Assembly: GCA_963724295.1 (NCBI GenBank)
Contig: CAVRUC010000013.1
Coordinates: forward strand, 96,001-160,000
Direction: 5' to 3'
From: an uncultured Chloroflexia bacterium
Lineage (GTDB): Bacteria > Chloroflexota > Chloroflexia > Thermomicrobiales > UBA6265
DNA length: 64,000 bases
A program made the translations under genes and the position numbers. Position 1 is the first letter of the stretch. The number at the start of each line of letters is the position of its first letter. Under the pieces are notes generated by a model that was not told where the DNA came from, ran no database searches, and saw only the letters and a list, made by a program, of their open reading frames with translations. This document shows positions 41,201 through 53,952 of this stretch, one piece after another.

Positions 41201-43708
41201 TTCACCGTGGCGGACACCACGCCGCCGGTGACCAGCCTCGTCTCGCCGCTGCCGGCCAACCCCACCAACCAGACGAGCGCCACGTTCACCTTCTCGACGA
41301 ACGAGCAGGGCGCGACCTTCGAGTGCCGGCTCGACGGCGGGGCCTGGGCGAGTTGCACGAGTCCGAGCAACGTGACCAGTCTGACCGAAGGCGCCCACAC
41401 CTTCGAGGTGCGCGCCATCGACGCGGCGGGCAACGTCGATACCACGCCGGCGGCGCACACCTGGACGGTCGACACGACGCCGCCGACGGTGACCATCCTC
41501 GCTCCGGCTGACGCCGTGACGGGGGTGGCCGTCACCGCTAACGTCGAGGCGACCTTCTCCGAGCCGATGAACGCGGCGACGGTGACCGCGCCGGCCGTCT
41601 TCACCCTGAAGCCCCAGGGCGGCTCGGCCGTCGCCGCCGAGGTCGCCTACGACCCGACGACCCGCAAAGCGACCTTGAACCCGAACGCCGACTTGGCACG
41701 GAGCACCACCTACACCGCCCAGGTCCTGGGCGGTCCCACCGGCGCAACGGATCTCGCTGGGAACGCGCTGGCCGCCAACCGCATCTGGTCGTTCACGACG
41801 AGCGGCACGGCGCCGACCTTGACCTTCGAGGCGCAGGCCGACGCCAAGGTGGAGAGCGCCAACCCGACGCTCAACTACGGCACCCAAAGCACACTCAAGG
41901 TCGACAGCAGCCCGCAGGTCGAGTCTTTCCTCCGCTTCGCCGTCAGCGGCATAAATAACACGGTCACGAGCGCCAAGTTGCGGCTCTACGCAACGTCGGC
42001 GACGGTCAACGGCCCGACCGTCTACGCCGTACCGGACAACGGTTGGTCGGAGACGGGCATCACCTGGAGCAACAAGCCGGCGCGGACGGGGTCGCCCAGC
42101 GACGACATGGGAGCGATCTCGGCCGGCGGCTTCGTCGAGTTCGACGTGACGCCGCTTGTGACCGGGGACGGCACCTACAGCTTCAACCTGGTCGGGACCT
42201 CCGACGACGTCGTCGACTTCGCCTCGCGGAACAACTCGCACGACCAGCCAGCGGCCGCAGCTGCTGGTCACGTTCAACGGCACCGTGCCGCTGACGGTCA
42301 GCGCCTCGCCGGCGGGTGGCACCTACACCACCGGCCAGTCGGTGACGTTGACCGCCTCGGCGGAGCCGAGCACCAAGTACTACACGACCGACGGGTCCGA
42401 CCCGACCACCAGCGGTACGCGGATCGTCTACGGCGGGCCGATCACCATCGCCGCCTCGACGACGCTCAAGTTCTACGCCGTCGCTCCCGACGCCCGCACG
42501 TCGCCGGTCGTCTCCGAGGTCTACACGATCGCCTCGACGACCGGTTTTCGGGGCGCCACCTTCACCGGCACCAGCGCGCCGACGTCCAAGGAAAACGAGA
42601 GCAAGCTCTGGTACAACGACGGCTCCTGGTGGGGCGTGCTCTACAACACGTCGACGACGGACTTCCAGATCTATCGGCTCGACTCGACGACCCAGGCAGT
42701 GGAGCGATACCGGGGTCAAGGTCGACCTGCGCAATGCAGCCAAGGTCGACGTGCTCTGGGACGGAACCAAGCTCTTCACGCTTGCGCACCAGTGGAACTC
42801 GGGTTCCAGCGGCCGGGCCGAGCTGCGGCGCTTCAGCTACAACGCCGCCAACGACCAGTACACACAGGAGCTCGGTCCAATCCTGGTCAACAACTTCGGG
42901 TCGGAGACGGCGGTCCTCGCCAAGGACACGACCGGCACCCTCTGGGTGACTTACACCCAAGACAGCAAGGTCTACGTCACGCGCTCGGCTGGCGCCAACC
43001 ACGATACCTGGGTCACGCCGTACATCCTGCCGACCGCCGGCTCCTCGGTCTACAGCGACGACATCTCGGCGATCGTCTCCTTCGGCGGCAAGATCGGGGT
43101 CCTTTGGAGCAACCAGTGCGACCAAACCCAGGGCCGGTGCTCCACGATCCAGAACAAGATGCTCTTCGCCTGGCACAGCGACGGCGCCGCCGACAACGCC
43201 TGGACCGAGGAGGTCGCCTACGACATCCCGAGTTTGTCCGGCGGCAGCGCGGACGAGGCCGCCGACGACCACATGAACATCAAGGTCGACTCGAGCGGCC
43301 GGCTCTACGCCGCGTTCAAGACCTCGCTCAACGCCTCCGGCGAGCCGCTGATCGGCCTCCTGGTCCGGGAGACGAACGGCACCTGGTCGAGCCGCACCGT
43401 GTTCACGGCCGACTTCAACCACACGCGGCCGATCGTCCTGATCGACGAGCAGAACGGGGTGCTCTACGTCTTCGCCTCGGAGGGGCCAACCACTCAACGG
43501 CGGCAAGATCTACTACAAGCAGGCGAGCCTGAGCAACCTCTCCTTCCCGGCCGGGATCGGCACGGTCATCATCGAGAACAGCACCGACGTCACGATCAAC
43601 AACGTCAACTCCACCAAGCAGAACGTGGACTCGACCACCGGCATCGTGATCATCGCCGGCGAGGTCCAAAACACCCGCTACTACCACAACGTGATCAATC
43701 GAGGGTAG
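32295..43708 (+). CDS. Giant secreted modular protein 1 (~3,800 aa when joined): many Ig-like repeats, a ConA/lyase-like domain, 3 DNRLRE domains, an Fn3-associated domain and a C-terminal propeller-like domain; about 11 frameshifts
   Basis: Signal peptide MRTTRR..WLLLLALVVSALPAPA; DTTAPETT/F.C.LD/HTF.VRA.D repeats; FSEAMD..WSFTT (SbsA/Big_5-like) repeats; ADAWV..N.G..LRF.VSG..W.ETGITW; YYTTDGSDP; ESKLWYNDGSWW. Successive ORFs continue the same modules in shifted frames. Confidence 0.8.
32331..33819 (+). repeat. ~1.5 kb direct repeat, copy 1 (copy 2 at 43861-45348)
   Basis: Near-identical DNA covering the signal peptide and first Ig modules of both giant genes. Confidence 0.95.
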
Positions 43709-43824
43709 CTGGGTGGGCGCGGCCCGTCTTCTGTCTGATGTCTGAAGGACGGTCGGGAAGCGCGGCGGCCGGCGCCGGGGGCCGGCGGTCGTAAGGCGGT
43801 GGCCGTAGGGTAGGGATTGTTCTG

Positions 43825-46800
43825 ATACGGACCAAGCACCGAGCGAGCTCGTCGATAACGACCTGGCTGCTGCTGCTGGCGCTGGTCGTCAGCGCCCTGC
43901 CGGCGCCGGCTATGACGGCGCCCCTCCCGGCACCGGCGTTGACGGCACCCTCCCGGTGGCGGCCGCCGCCGCAGAGGCGAAGGGTGCGCCCGCCCAGGAC
44001 GACACCGACCCACCCCAGACCGAGATCGCGCGCAAGCCGCCGGCGCGGACGGATGCCGCCGAGGCGTCGTTCACCTACCGCTCCTCCGAGCGCGAGGGCC
44101 GCTTCGAGTGCGCCCTCGACCAGGGTCGCTTCCAGCCTTGCAAGGCCGACGGCCACCGCTACCGCGGCCTGGGCCCGGGTCGCCACGTCTTCGCGGTGCG
44201 GGCCATCGACAAGGCCGGCAACGCCGACAAGAGTCCGGCCCGCCACGCGTGGACGGTCGAGGCCGCCACATCGGCGGACCCGCCGGCGCAGCAGACGGAC
44301 GAGCGCCAGGACAAGCCGGCCGGACACGCGGGTGATGATCCGTCCGCGCCCGCCCCCGAGGGCAAAGACGACAAGAGCGGTGCGGGCGAGGCCAAGCCGC
44401 CCGAGACGCGGCTCGAGGAGAAGCCGGCGGGCCGGACGGCCGAGGCCACGGCCACGTTCCGCTATGTATCGTCCGAGTCCGACGCGACCTTCGAATGCGC
44501 CCTGGACGGGGCGGGGTTCGAGCCGTGCCCGGGCGACGGCCAGGAGTACCGCGATCTGAGCCCGGGTAAGCACGCCTTCCAGGTCCGCGCCGTCGACGCC
44601 GCGGGCAACCGCGACGAGACGCCGGCGACCCACGGCTGGACCATCACCCAGGCCAAGCCGGCAGAGAAGCGACGGGGCGGCGACGAGCAGCGCCCCGACG
44701 CGGACGCGCCCAACCCGGGCCCCGAGGATGGGCCGGCCGAGCCGCGCGACGGCGACGCGACCCCGCCGGAGACGACGATCGAGGCCAAGCCGCCCGCGCG
44801 TACCGGCGCCGAGGCGGCGTTCGCCTACGCCGCCTCGGAGAAGGACGCCACGTTCCAGTGCCGGCTCGACCGCGGCCGCTTCGAGCCGTGCGAGGCCGGC
44901 AGCCACACCTACCGCAACCTGCGCGACGGCAAGCACGCCTTTGCGGTGCGGGCGGTTGACACCGCCGGCAACGCCGACAAGACCCCGGCGACCCACACCT
45001 GGACGGTCGACACGACCGGCCCCCAGGTGGCACGTCTCGCCCCCCGGCACCGAGCCAAGGACGTCGCCGTCGACGCCGACGTGGCGGCGGTCTTCAGCGA
45101 AGCGATGGACCCGTCCAGCCTGACGACGAAGACGTTCACGCTCGTTCCGGAGGGGGGCGACGCGCCAGTCGCGGCGACGGTGAAGTACGACGCTGCAGAC
45201 AAGCGGGCCGTGCTCGACCCGGAGGCCGACCTCGCGGCGGGGACGACCTATACGGCGACCGTGACCACCGCCGCCGACGCGGCCGGCAACAAGCTGGCCG
45301 CCGCCAAGGCGTGGCGCTTCACGACCGCCGCGCCGGCCAAGCCCGCGCTGCCGGGGCGGCTATGGGGAATCGGAGGAGGGCACGGGCGGGACCGGCGAGC
45401 CGGAGACGGTACCCGAAGGACCGCGTGAGGACGGCACCACCGCGCCGGAGACGACGATTGAGAGCGCTCCGGCGGACCCAGCGCCAGCCCGAAGGCCGCA
45501 TTCACCTTTGCCTCCTCGGAGCCGGACGCGACGTTCGAGTGCGCGTTGGACGGCGACCAATTCCGGCCCTGCGCTGCGGCCGGCCAGAGCTATCCTGACC
45601 TAGAGAAGGGCGAGCATACCTTCGCCGTCCGCGCCACCGACGCGGCCGGCACCGCCGACCCGACGCCGGCCACCCACGCCTGGACGATCGACGCGGCGGC
45701 GCCTCGCACCGCCGACACGATGCCAACCAGCCGCGCGCTCGGGGTCGCCACGACGACCGAGACGGGCGTCACTTTCGGGGCCAACGCGGACGCCCGGGTG
45801 GCGCGGGCCAATCCGGGTAGCAACTATGGCACGGGAAGAAGACTCATCACCGATCGCGAGCCCGTGACCGAGAGCTATTTACGCTTCGAGGTGAGCGGCG
45901 TCGACGGCACGGTAACTCGAGCCAATCTGCAGCTGTACGCCCCGGAGGGGACGGTGAACGGCCCGGCCGTCTTCCCAGCCGGCAACGCCTGGGCCGAAGG
46001 CAGCATCACCTGGAACAGTAGGCCGGAGCGCACCAGCACCGTGGCGGCCGACGACAAGGGCCCCATCGCTTCCAACACGTGGGTCGCGTTCGACGTCACC
46101 TCCCTCGTCGCCGGCGACGGCACCTACACCTTCAACCTCGCCTCGACCTCCCGCGACGCGGTCTACTTCCATTCCAAAGAAGCCGCCGACGCAAGCCTGC
46201 GGCCGCGCCTGGTGCTGACCGTCGACGCGACGGCCACCGGCCGACACCACCGCCCCGACCGTGACCGACACGACGCCGACGGACGGAGCCGCCGACGTAG
46301 CGGTCACGACCGGCGTCGAGGTCGTCTTCTCCGAGCCCATGGCCCCCGCCACGCTGACGACTGGCACCTTCACCTTGCAGCCGCAGGATGGCGCGGCCAT
46401 CACCGCCCAGGTCAGCCTCAACGCGGCGGGGACGACGGCGACTCTCGACCCGGACGCCGACCTGGACGCCGGCACGACCTACACCGCGACGGTCGAGGGC
46501 GGGGCAAACGGAGCCGCGGACGTGGCGGGCAACCCGCTGGCCGCCGGCCACGTCTGGAGCTTCACGACAGCGGCGCCGGTCGACACGACCGCGCCGGAGA
46601 CCACGATCGACGAGGCGCCGAGTGACCCGACCGCGAGCCCGGAGGCCCGGTTCGTCTTTGCCGCCGACGAGTCAGGCGCCACCTTCGAATGCAAGCTCGA
46701 CGGCGCCCCCTACGCAAGCTGCGCGAGCCCCGACGACCTACGGCGACCTGGCCGATGGCGCCCACACGTTCGCCGTCCGCGCCACCGACGGGGCGGGGAA

Positions 46801-49800
46801 CACGGATTCGACGCCGGCGACGCACACCTGGAGCCGTCGACGCCACCGCGCCCGAGACGACGATCGACGCTGGACCGGCCGGGACGACCGCCAGCACCGA
46901 AGCCACCTTCGCGTTCACGTCAAACGAGGCCGACGTCTCCTTCGCCTGCGCCCTCGATGGCGCGGCTTACGCGGCCTGTTCCTCCCCCACGCAGTACCCG
47001 GCCTTGGGCGACGGGGAGCACACCTTCGCGGTGCGGGCCACGGACGCGGCTGGCAACGTCGACCCGACGCCGGCGACCCGCACCTGGACCGTCGACGCTA
47101 CCGCCCCCACTCTCACGAGCACGCTGCCCGCTGACGGTGCCGCCGACGTGGCCGCGACTGCCTCCGTCACCGTGACCTTCTCCGAGGCAATGGACCCGGC
47201 CACCCTGACAGAGACGACCTTCACGCTGGTCGCGCAGGACGGCGCTGAATCCGTCACCGCCGCTGTGAGCTACGAGGTGACCACCGACACGGCGACGCTG
47301 GATCCCGAGGCTGACCTAGAACCGGGTACGCTCTACACCACGACGGTGACCACCGCCGCCGCCGACGCGGCCGGCAACCCGCTGGCCGCCGCCGAGACGT
47401 GGTCCTTCACCACCGTCGCGCCGGCCGATACGTCCCCGCCGGAGACGACGATCGAGTCGATCGACCCGCCTGCCCAGAACAACCGGACCAACCGGACGAC
47501 GGTCACCTTCACCTTCTTGTCGAGCGAGGAGGGCGCGACGTTCGAGTGCCGGCTCGACGGCGGGGCGTTCGCCGCCTGCGTCTCGCCGCACGAGGTCACC
47601 GGCCTGGGCGACGGGGAGCACACGTTCGAGGTGCGGGCGATCGACGCGGCCGGCAACGTCGACCTGACGCCGGCCAGCCGGACGTGGACAATCGACGCGA
47701 CGGCGCCGAGCGTCGCCAAGATCGGGCCCGCGGACGGCGCCGCGGGTGTGGCTGTCGACGCCAGCGCCGCCGCAGTCTTCTCCGAGGCGATGGATGCGGC
47801 GAGCCTGACGATGGCCACCTTTACGCTGGTGCGCCAGGGCACCACGCCGGTCGCCTCCCAGGTGATCTACGACGCTGCAAGTAAGCGAGCGACACTGAAT
47901 CCGGATGGGAGCCTGGTAGCTGGCGCCATCTACACGGCGACGGTCAAGGGTGGCCCCGGTGGAGCCAAGGACGCGGCCGGCAACCCGCTGGCCGCCGACA
48001 AGACCTGGATGTTCACGACCGCCAGCACGACCTCGACCGTGGCCGTCGAAGCCGACGCGTGGGTCGAGAGCGCCAACCCTGGTCTCAACCACGGCACCGA
48101 GCTGTCGCTCAACATCGACAACAGCCCGCTGAGCGAGGGGTTCCTGCGCTTCACCGTCAGCGGGGCAGACGGCATCTCGAAGGCCACCCTCCGCCTTTAC
48201 GCCCACAACGGGACCAACAACGGCCCGAAGGTCTACGCAGTGGACGCAGTGGCCGGCAATAGTTGGACCGAAACCGGCATCACGTGGGGCAACAAGCCGG
48301 CCCGCGGAGGCACCCCCGTCGACACGGGCGCGATCGCCAGCAACACCTGGGTCGAATACGACGTGACTCCGCTCATCTCGGCGAATGGGACCTACACCCT
48401 CAACCTGGTGCCCGATTCCAGCGACCTGCTCCAGGTCCGGGCGAGGGAATACGCGACCGATCCCACCCTGCTCCCACACTTGGTACTGACCGTTGCAGCC
48501 CCAGGTGGCCCAGGGACGGCGATCGACACCGCGCCGGCCGATCCGACCGACCAGACGAGCGCCACGTTCACGTTCACATCCGATGCGCCAAACGCCACCT
48601 TCGAGTGCAAGATTGACAACGGGCAACTCGCGGCCTGCGCCTCGCCGCACGAGGTCACCGGCCTGGGTGACGGCGCGCACACGTTCGAGGTGCGCGCCAT
48701 CGACGAGGCGGGCAACCCGGACGAGACGCCGGCGACCCACTCCTGGACGATCGACACGGCGCCGCCGACGGTGACGACCGTGGTGCCGGCCGACGGCGCG
48801 ACGAACGCGCCCTCGACGACGAACGTCGAGGCGACCTTCTCCGAGGCGATGGACCCGGCGACGCTGACGGCGGCGACCTTTGCCCTGGCGCCGCAGGGGG
48901 GCGGCCCCGCGGTTGCGGCCACGGCGGCCTACGACGCGGCGACCCGCACGGCGACGCTCGACCCCGACGCCGACCTCGCCCCCGGCACCGCCTACACCGC
49001 GACCGTGACCACCGGCGCGACGGACGCGGCCGGCAACCCGCTGGCCTCCGACCGGGTCTGGGCCTTCACGACTACTCCCCTCGATCCCGTTTTGCTGGCT
49101 GCGGGGGATATTGCCAGCTGCAGCTCGAAGGGGGACGAGCAGACCGCTGCCCTGCTCGACGGCCTGGCCGGTACGGTGGCCGCGCTCGGCGACCTCGCCT
49201 ACGAGGACGGCACCGCCGCCGAGTTCCGGGACTGTTACGACCCGACCTGGGGCCGCTTAAAAGCCCGCACCCGCCCGGCGGTCGGCAACCATGAGTACCA
49301 CACGGCCGGGGCCGCCGGCTACTTCGACTACTTCGGCGCCGCTGCGGGGGACCCAGGCAAGGGGTACTACAGCTACGACTTGGGCGAGTGGCACATCGTC
49401 GTGCTCAACTCCATGTGCGACGAGGTCGGCGGCTGTGGCGTCGGTTCCCCAGGAGCAGTGGTTACGGGCGGACCTGGAGGCGCACCCGACCGACTGCACG
49501 CTCGCCTACTGGCACCATCCGCGCTTCAGCTCCGGCGCCGAGCACGGCAGCGCCGAGGAGGTCCAGCCGCTTTGGCAAGTCCTCTACGAAGGCGGCGCCG
49601 AGGTCCTGCTGGTCGCCCACGAGCACAACTACGAGCGCTTTGCCCAATGGACGCCAGCGGCAACCGCGATACGGCGCACGGGATCCGCGAGTTCGTCGCC
49701 GGCATGGGGGGCAACACCCTTTATGGTTTCGGGACGATCCTCCCCAATAGCGAGAAGCACAATAGCGATTCGCTGGGCGTTCTCCAACTGACGCTGCGAT

Positions 49801-51842
49801 CGGGGGGCTACGATTGGAAATTCGTGCCCGTGGCGGGAGCAAGCTTCACCGACAGTGGCAGCGGCAAGTGCCATGCCCCCCCGCCGACGCGCGCCTTCGG
49901 TGTGGAGGCCGACGCGATGGTGGCCAGCTCGTCTCCGACCACGAACTACGGGACCACGACCTTCCTCAAGGTCGACTCGAGCCCCGAGAGCGAGGCCTAC
50001 GTCCGCTTCAACGTGAGCGGGCTCCCCGGCGAAGCTACGAGTGCCAAGCTGCGGCTGTACAAGTACAACTCCGTGGAGAAGACCGAGGACGGCCCGGAGG
50101 TCTACCTCGCCGGCAACGACTGGACCGAGGGCGGCATCACCTGGAACAACAAACCGGCCCGCACCCGCGTGCTCGACGACCTCGTGGGGGAGATCCCCGC
50201 CACCGCGACCTGGGTCGAGTTCGACGTGACCTCCGCTGTGACCGGCGACGGCACCTACACCTTCGTGCTCGTCGGCGATCACCAGGACAGTATCCCGTTC
50301 TACTCGCGCAACCACGCGAACGCCGGGCGGCATCCCCAGCTGGTGGTGACGAGCGACCCGCTGGTGCCGCGGGTGGCCGCCGCGCCGCTGAGCGGGGACT
50401 ACGACACGCGCCAGGACGTGACGCTGACCCCCTCGGAGCCAGCCACGATCTACTACACCACCGACGGCTCCGACCCGACCTACCGCGGCACCAGCGCCAC
50501 CTACCACGCCTACACCGGGCCGATCGCCGTCCCCGGCTCGCGCACGCTCAAGTTCGTCGCCGTCGCCCCCGACGGCCGGGCCTCGCCGGTCAAGACCGAG
50601 GTCTACAAGATCCACGTCACCGCGGGCTACCGCGACTTCTACTACGGCGGCACCGGCGTCGCCGAGCCGACGGGTGACAAGACCGAGAGCAAGCTCTGGG
50701 TCCACGACGGCTCCTGGTGGGGGGTGCTCTACGACAACACCGCCGGGGAGTACCGGATCCACCGGCTCGACCCGGCGACCCAGACCTGGGTGAACACCGG
50801 TCCCACCGTCGACGCGCGCGAGGACTCGCGGGCCGACGTCCTCTGGGACGGGACCAAGCTCTACGTCGCCACCGGGACGACGGTCGTCTCGGAGTGGGGC
50901 AGTCCGCCCACCGCCGAGCAGCTGGCCGCCGGGTCGGCCGAGCTGCTGCGCTTCAGCTACAACCCGATCCTCAAGACGTACACCCAAGACCTCGGCTTCC
51001 CGGTCACCATCCGCGCGGGGAGCGCCGAGTCGATGACCCTGGCCAAGGACTCGACCGGGCGGCTGTGGATCACCTTCACCCGGGACAGCAAGGTCTGGGT
51101 CAACCACTCCAACGCGTCGGGGGGCGGCGACGCCGACTGGGGCGAGCCGTTCGTGCCGGCGGTGGCGGGGACCGCGGTCGACTACGACGACATCTCGGCG
51201 ATCATCGCCTTCGGCGGCGACAAGGTCGGGCTGATGTGGAGCAACCAAGACGACAGGCGGTTCTACTTCGCCGTGCACAACGACGGCGACCCCGCCGATG
51301 TTTGGCAGGCGACCGAGACGGCCCACGGCGGCGGCCAGGCCGGCTGCGGCTTCGGCACCGGCGGTGGCACTGGGTGCGCCAACGACCACCTCAACCTCAA
51401 GGCCACCGCCGACGGCCGGGTGTTTGCCGGGGTCAAGACGGCCAACAGGACGACGGGCCAGCCGATGGTGCGGCTCCTCGTGCGGGGCGCGTCCGGCGGG
51501 TGGACCGGCCACACCTTCAGCAAGGTCGAGGACGAGCATAGCCGGCCGCGGGTGCTTATCGACGAGGAGCACGGCCGGCTCTACCTGCTGGCCACCATCC
51601 CCGAGCTCGGGCAGGGGATCTACTACAAGAGCACCTGCCTCGACGACATCTCGTTCGACGACCAACCCGGGCCGGGCACCTCGTTCATCCAGCGCGACGA
51701 CAGCCCGATGATCAACAACGCGACCTCGACCAAGCAGAACCTGACCGGCGCCAGCGGCATGGTGGTGCTGGCCGGCGACAGCACCACCAAGCTCTACTCG
51801 CACAACCGCCTGGACCTGAACGCCGCCCCCGCGTGCTCGTAG
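43825..51842 (+). CDS. Giant secreted modular protein 2 (~2,670 aa when joined): Ig-like repeats, 3 DNRLRE domains, a metallophosphoesterase, an Fn3-associated domain and a C-terminal propeller-like domain; about 8 frameshifts; ATA at the expected start
   Basis: Same modules as protein 1, plus AAGDIA/LGDLAY/GNHEY/YWHHP/AHEHNY at about 49080-49870; ESKLWVHDGSWW. Confidence 0.8.
43861..45348 (+). repeat. ~1.5 kb direct repeat, copy 2
   Basis: Matches 32331-33819 with a 1-bp deletion near 43950 and clustered substitutions. Confidence 0.95.
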
Positions 51843-51886
51843 AGAACCACACCGAGCCGGCCGGACGGCACGAAGAGGATTGTCCG

Positions 51887-52455
51887 ATGCGCCGCGTTCC
51901 GTACTTGATCCCGCTGCTCGCCCTCATGCTGGTCGTCCTGTTGGTCGTGCCCGGTCTGAACGGCCGCGCCGCCCAGGAGGGTACGCCCGCCGCGGGGGCG
52001 GAACTGCGATGGAGGGAGTGACCTTCGAGCCCCTCGCCGCCGTCCCCAACGTCGCCCTGCCCAGCCCAGGCGGTCTCGTTCTGGTCCGCATCGCGCTGGA
52101 GCCGGGGGCGGTGCTGCCCTCCGACCCGAACGATCCGACGGTGGGCTTGGTGCTGGTCGAGGCAGGCGAGTTGACCGTCCGCCTCGGCGCCCAGTTCGTC
52201 GTCACCCGGGCCGGCACGTCGACGCCGGCGGCGACGGCCGAGGCTGGGGGCGCGTTCGCGGCACTTGGTGAGGTGGTGCCAGCCGGGACAGAAGCGACGC
52301 TGCGGGTCGGGGACGTCGCGCTCTTCCCGCCCAACGCCGGCGGAGAGGTTCGCAACGATGGGCGGGAGCGGGCCGTCGGCCTGGCCTTTCTGTCGATCCC
52401 GCCTGAGGCGATGCAGGGGATGGGCGCCCCCGTGGCCGCCATCCCCGTTGAGTAG
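51887..52455 (+). CDS. Secreted cupin-like protein; frameshift near 52005
   Basis: Signal peptide plus AAQEGTPAAG leader, then RIALEPGA..VEAGEL..LRVGDVALFPPN..VRNDG cupin pattern without metal-binding His. Confidence 0.7.
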
Positions 52456-52818
52456 CACCGCGACGCCCCGGGCGCTGGCGATTCGTTGCGGTGGGAGCCG
52501 CCTCGGGCACCCCGGTCCAAAACTCTTGTCCGTTTGCTGAGGGCGCGTCCGCAATCCGGATTACCGGCGGCTCCACGTCGTCCGGTGCCCGATCAGCCGG
52601 CTCTCGATCCTTTCCGGCGGGTGGCGGCGCGGCAGCGCCCGCCGCCGTCTTGACGCCCCGGTTGTGGGGGCGGCGGGTGGCCATGCCGACCCTGGCTCGT
52701 CCCGGGCAAGCGGTTCTGGCTCGTTCGCGGGAGGTCGTGCCCGCGCCTCGCCGGTAGGATGATGGCAACCGGCGCTGGGCCGGCCATCCGCGACGCCGCA
52801 GCGGGGGAAGGAATCGCA

Positions 52819-53271
52819 ATGAGGGGAAGTCTTGCCGTGGCTGTCGGGCTGGGGGTGCTCTTGGTCGCTGCCGTCGCCGCCGCCCCGCTGCCGGGCGCCG
52901 GTCAAGCGTCCAACGAGACCGAGCCGGTCCGCGTCGACGAGTGCCGCACCGAGGAGGACTACGGGACCGTCTGCGTCCGGACGCGAGGGGTCGAGCACAG
53001 CACCACCCAGCCAGATGGCGACCTGGTCACCTTCTTCAACCTGGTCACCGACTTCTCGCTCACGCTGGAGGACGGGACGACGACCGAGACCGCGCAGAGC
53101 ATCCACTCCCGGATGGTCTTCCGCGAGGGGGAGGAGCAGGTGGTCTCACGCACCGCCGCGTCCCGGTACACCACGGTCGACGGGCAGCGCTGCCGCTACC
53201 ACGCCGTCTTCGTGGTGGCCGGCGGCGAGCTGCGGATCGACGAGGTCGGCCTCAACTGCACCGAGCCGTAG
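52819..53271 (+). CDS. Secreted hypothetical protein (4 Cys)
   Basis: AAGGA RBS, signal peptide, plausible globular composition. Confidence 0.7.
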   Translation: MRGSLAVAVGLGVLLVAAVAAAPLPGAGQASNETEPVRVDECRTEEDYGTVCVRTRGVEHSTTQPDGDLVTFFNLVTDFSLTLEDGTTTETAQSIHSRMVFREGEEQVVSRTAASRYTTVDGQRCRYHAVFVVAGGELRIDEVGLNCTEP

Positions 53272-53780
53272 CCCGACGGCAGCCCCCGGACCGTCCCGCC
53301 CGGGCGGCAAGCCGACCAACCTTCGGTTGTGCCGGACATAAGGGGCTGTCGCGCGGGGCTCGCGCAGGTTCGGGACGAGTCCCGGCCGCCGAACCGACCA
53401 GCACCGGGACCACGACGCCGTCCGCAACGCACGACGAACCCGCTGAGTTGCCGTGGGCGCTGGCGCTGTCCGCATCTACCACCGACTCGGAGCGTCCAGT
53501 CTGGACGTCAATCACATCCCGACACCGGCTGCAGAAGGGGCCCGTGTTCTGGGGAACGGGGCGCGTCACTTCCTTACCCCCTTCGTTGCGCTGGCGACCC
53601 TGAACTCTGCCGCGCAGTTGTTATCGCCCAGGGCGGTGAGGACGTCGCGGTTCCGATTCTGGGGGGCTCGCCGATTTTCTTAGGCAGCCAGGTCGGCGGC
53701 TCCGACGTTCCCGACCCTGTATTTTCCATTGGCTCCGACGTGGACGCTGAGAGCGCGCCTGCCCCTCCCAGGATTCCAAG

Positions 53781-53876
53781 TGGCGCCGATGAGCCAGGAG
53801 TCAATATCTAGCTCAAATCGGCTAGGTGAGGCTAGCGCGTTTCGGGGATGGGTAATCGGAGCGAGACGGATAAACT
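53781..53876 (+). promoter_or_regulatory. Operator array + -10 (site D) upstream of the phosphoesterase-GT2-flippase genes
   Basis: TGGCGCCGATGAGCCA (53781), TAGCTCAAATCGGCTA (53809), TAGCGCGTTTCGGGGA (53833), 22 bp, TAAACT (53871). Confidence 0.7.
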
Positions 53877-53952
53877 TCACTCGCACGAGAGAATGCTGCC
53901 CAATAGCCTCTTCACTGCTGTGCCCGGAGGCCGCGGGGCGGGGATTATTCTG

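Noticed and set aside
6307..51803. Long antisense or alternative-frame ORFs (e.g. 6307-8385, 12026-13549, 34038-36296, 49629-51803)
   Set aside because: Shadow ORFs expected from high-GC codon bias opposite real genes; Arg/Gly-rich with no motifs.
32331..51842. Diversity-generating retroelement template/variable repeat pair
   Set aside because: No reverse transcriptase in the window; differences are not adenine-specific; the repeats are far too long.
53272..53780. Possible decayed minus-strand gene
   Set aside because: Several stops and no recognisable family.
53821..53836. TAGGTGAGGCT resembling the start of an M-box riboswitch
   Set aside because: No further M-box sequence; it is the spacer between two operator units.
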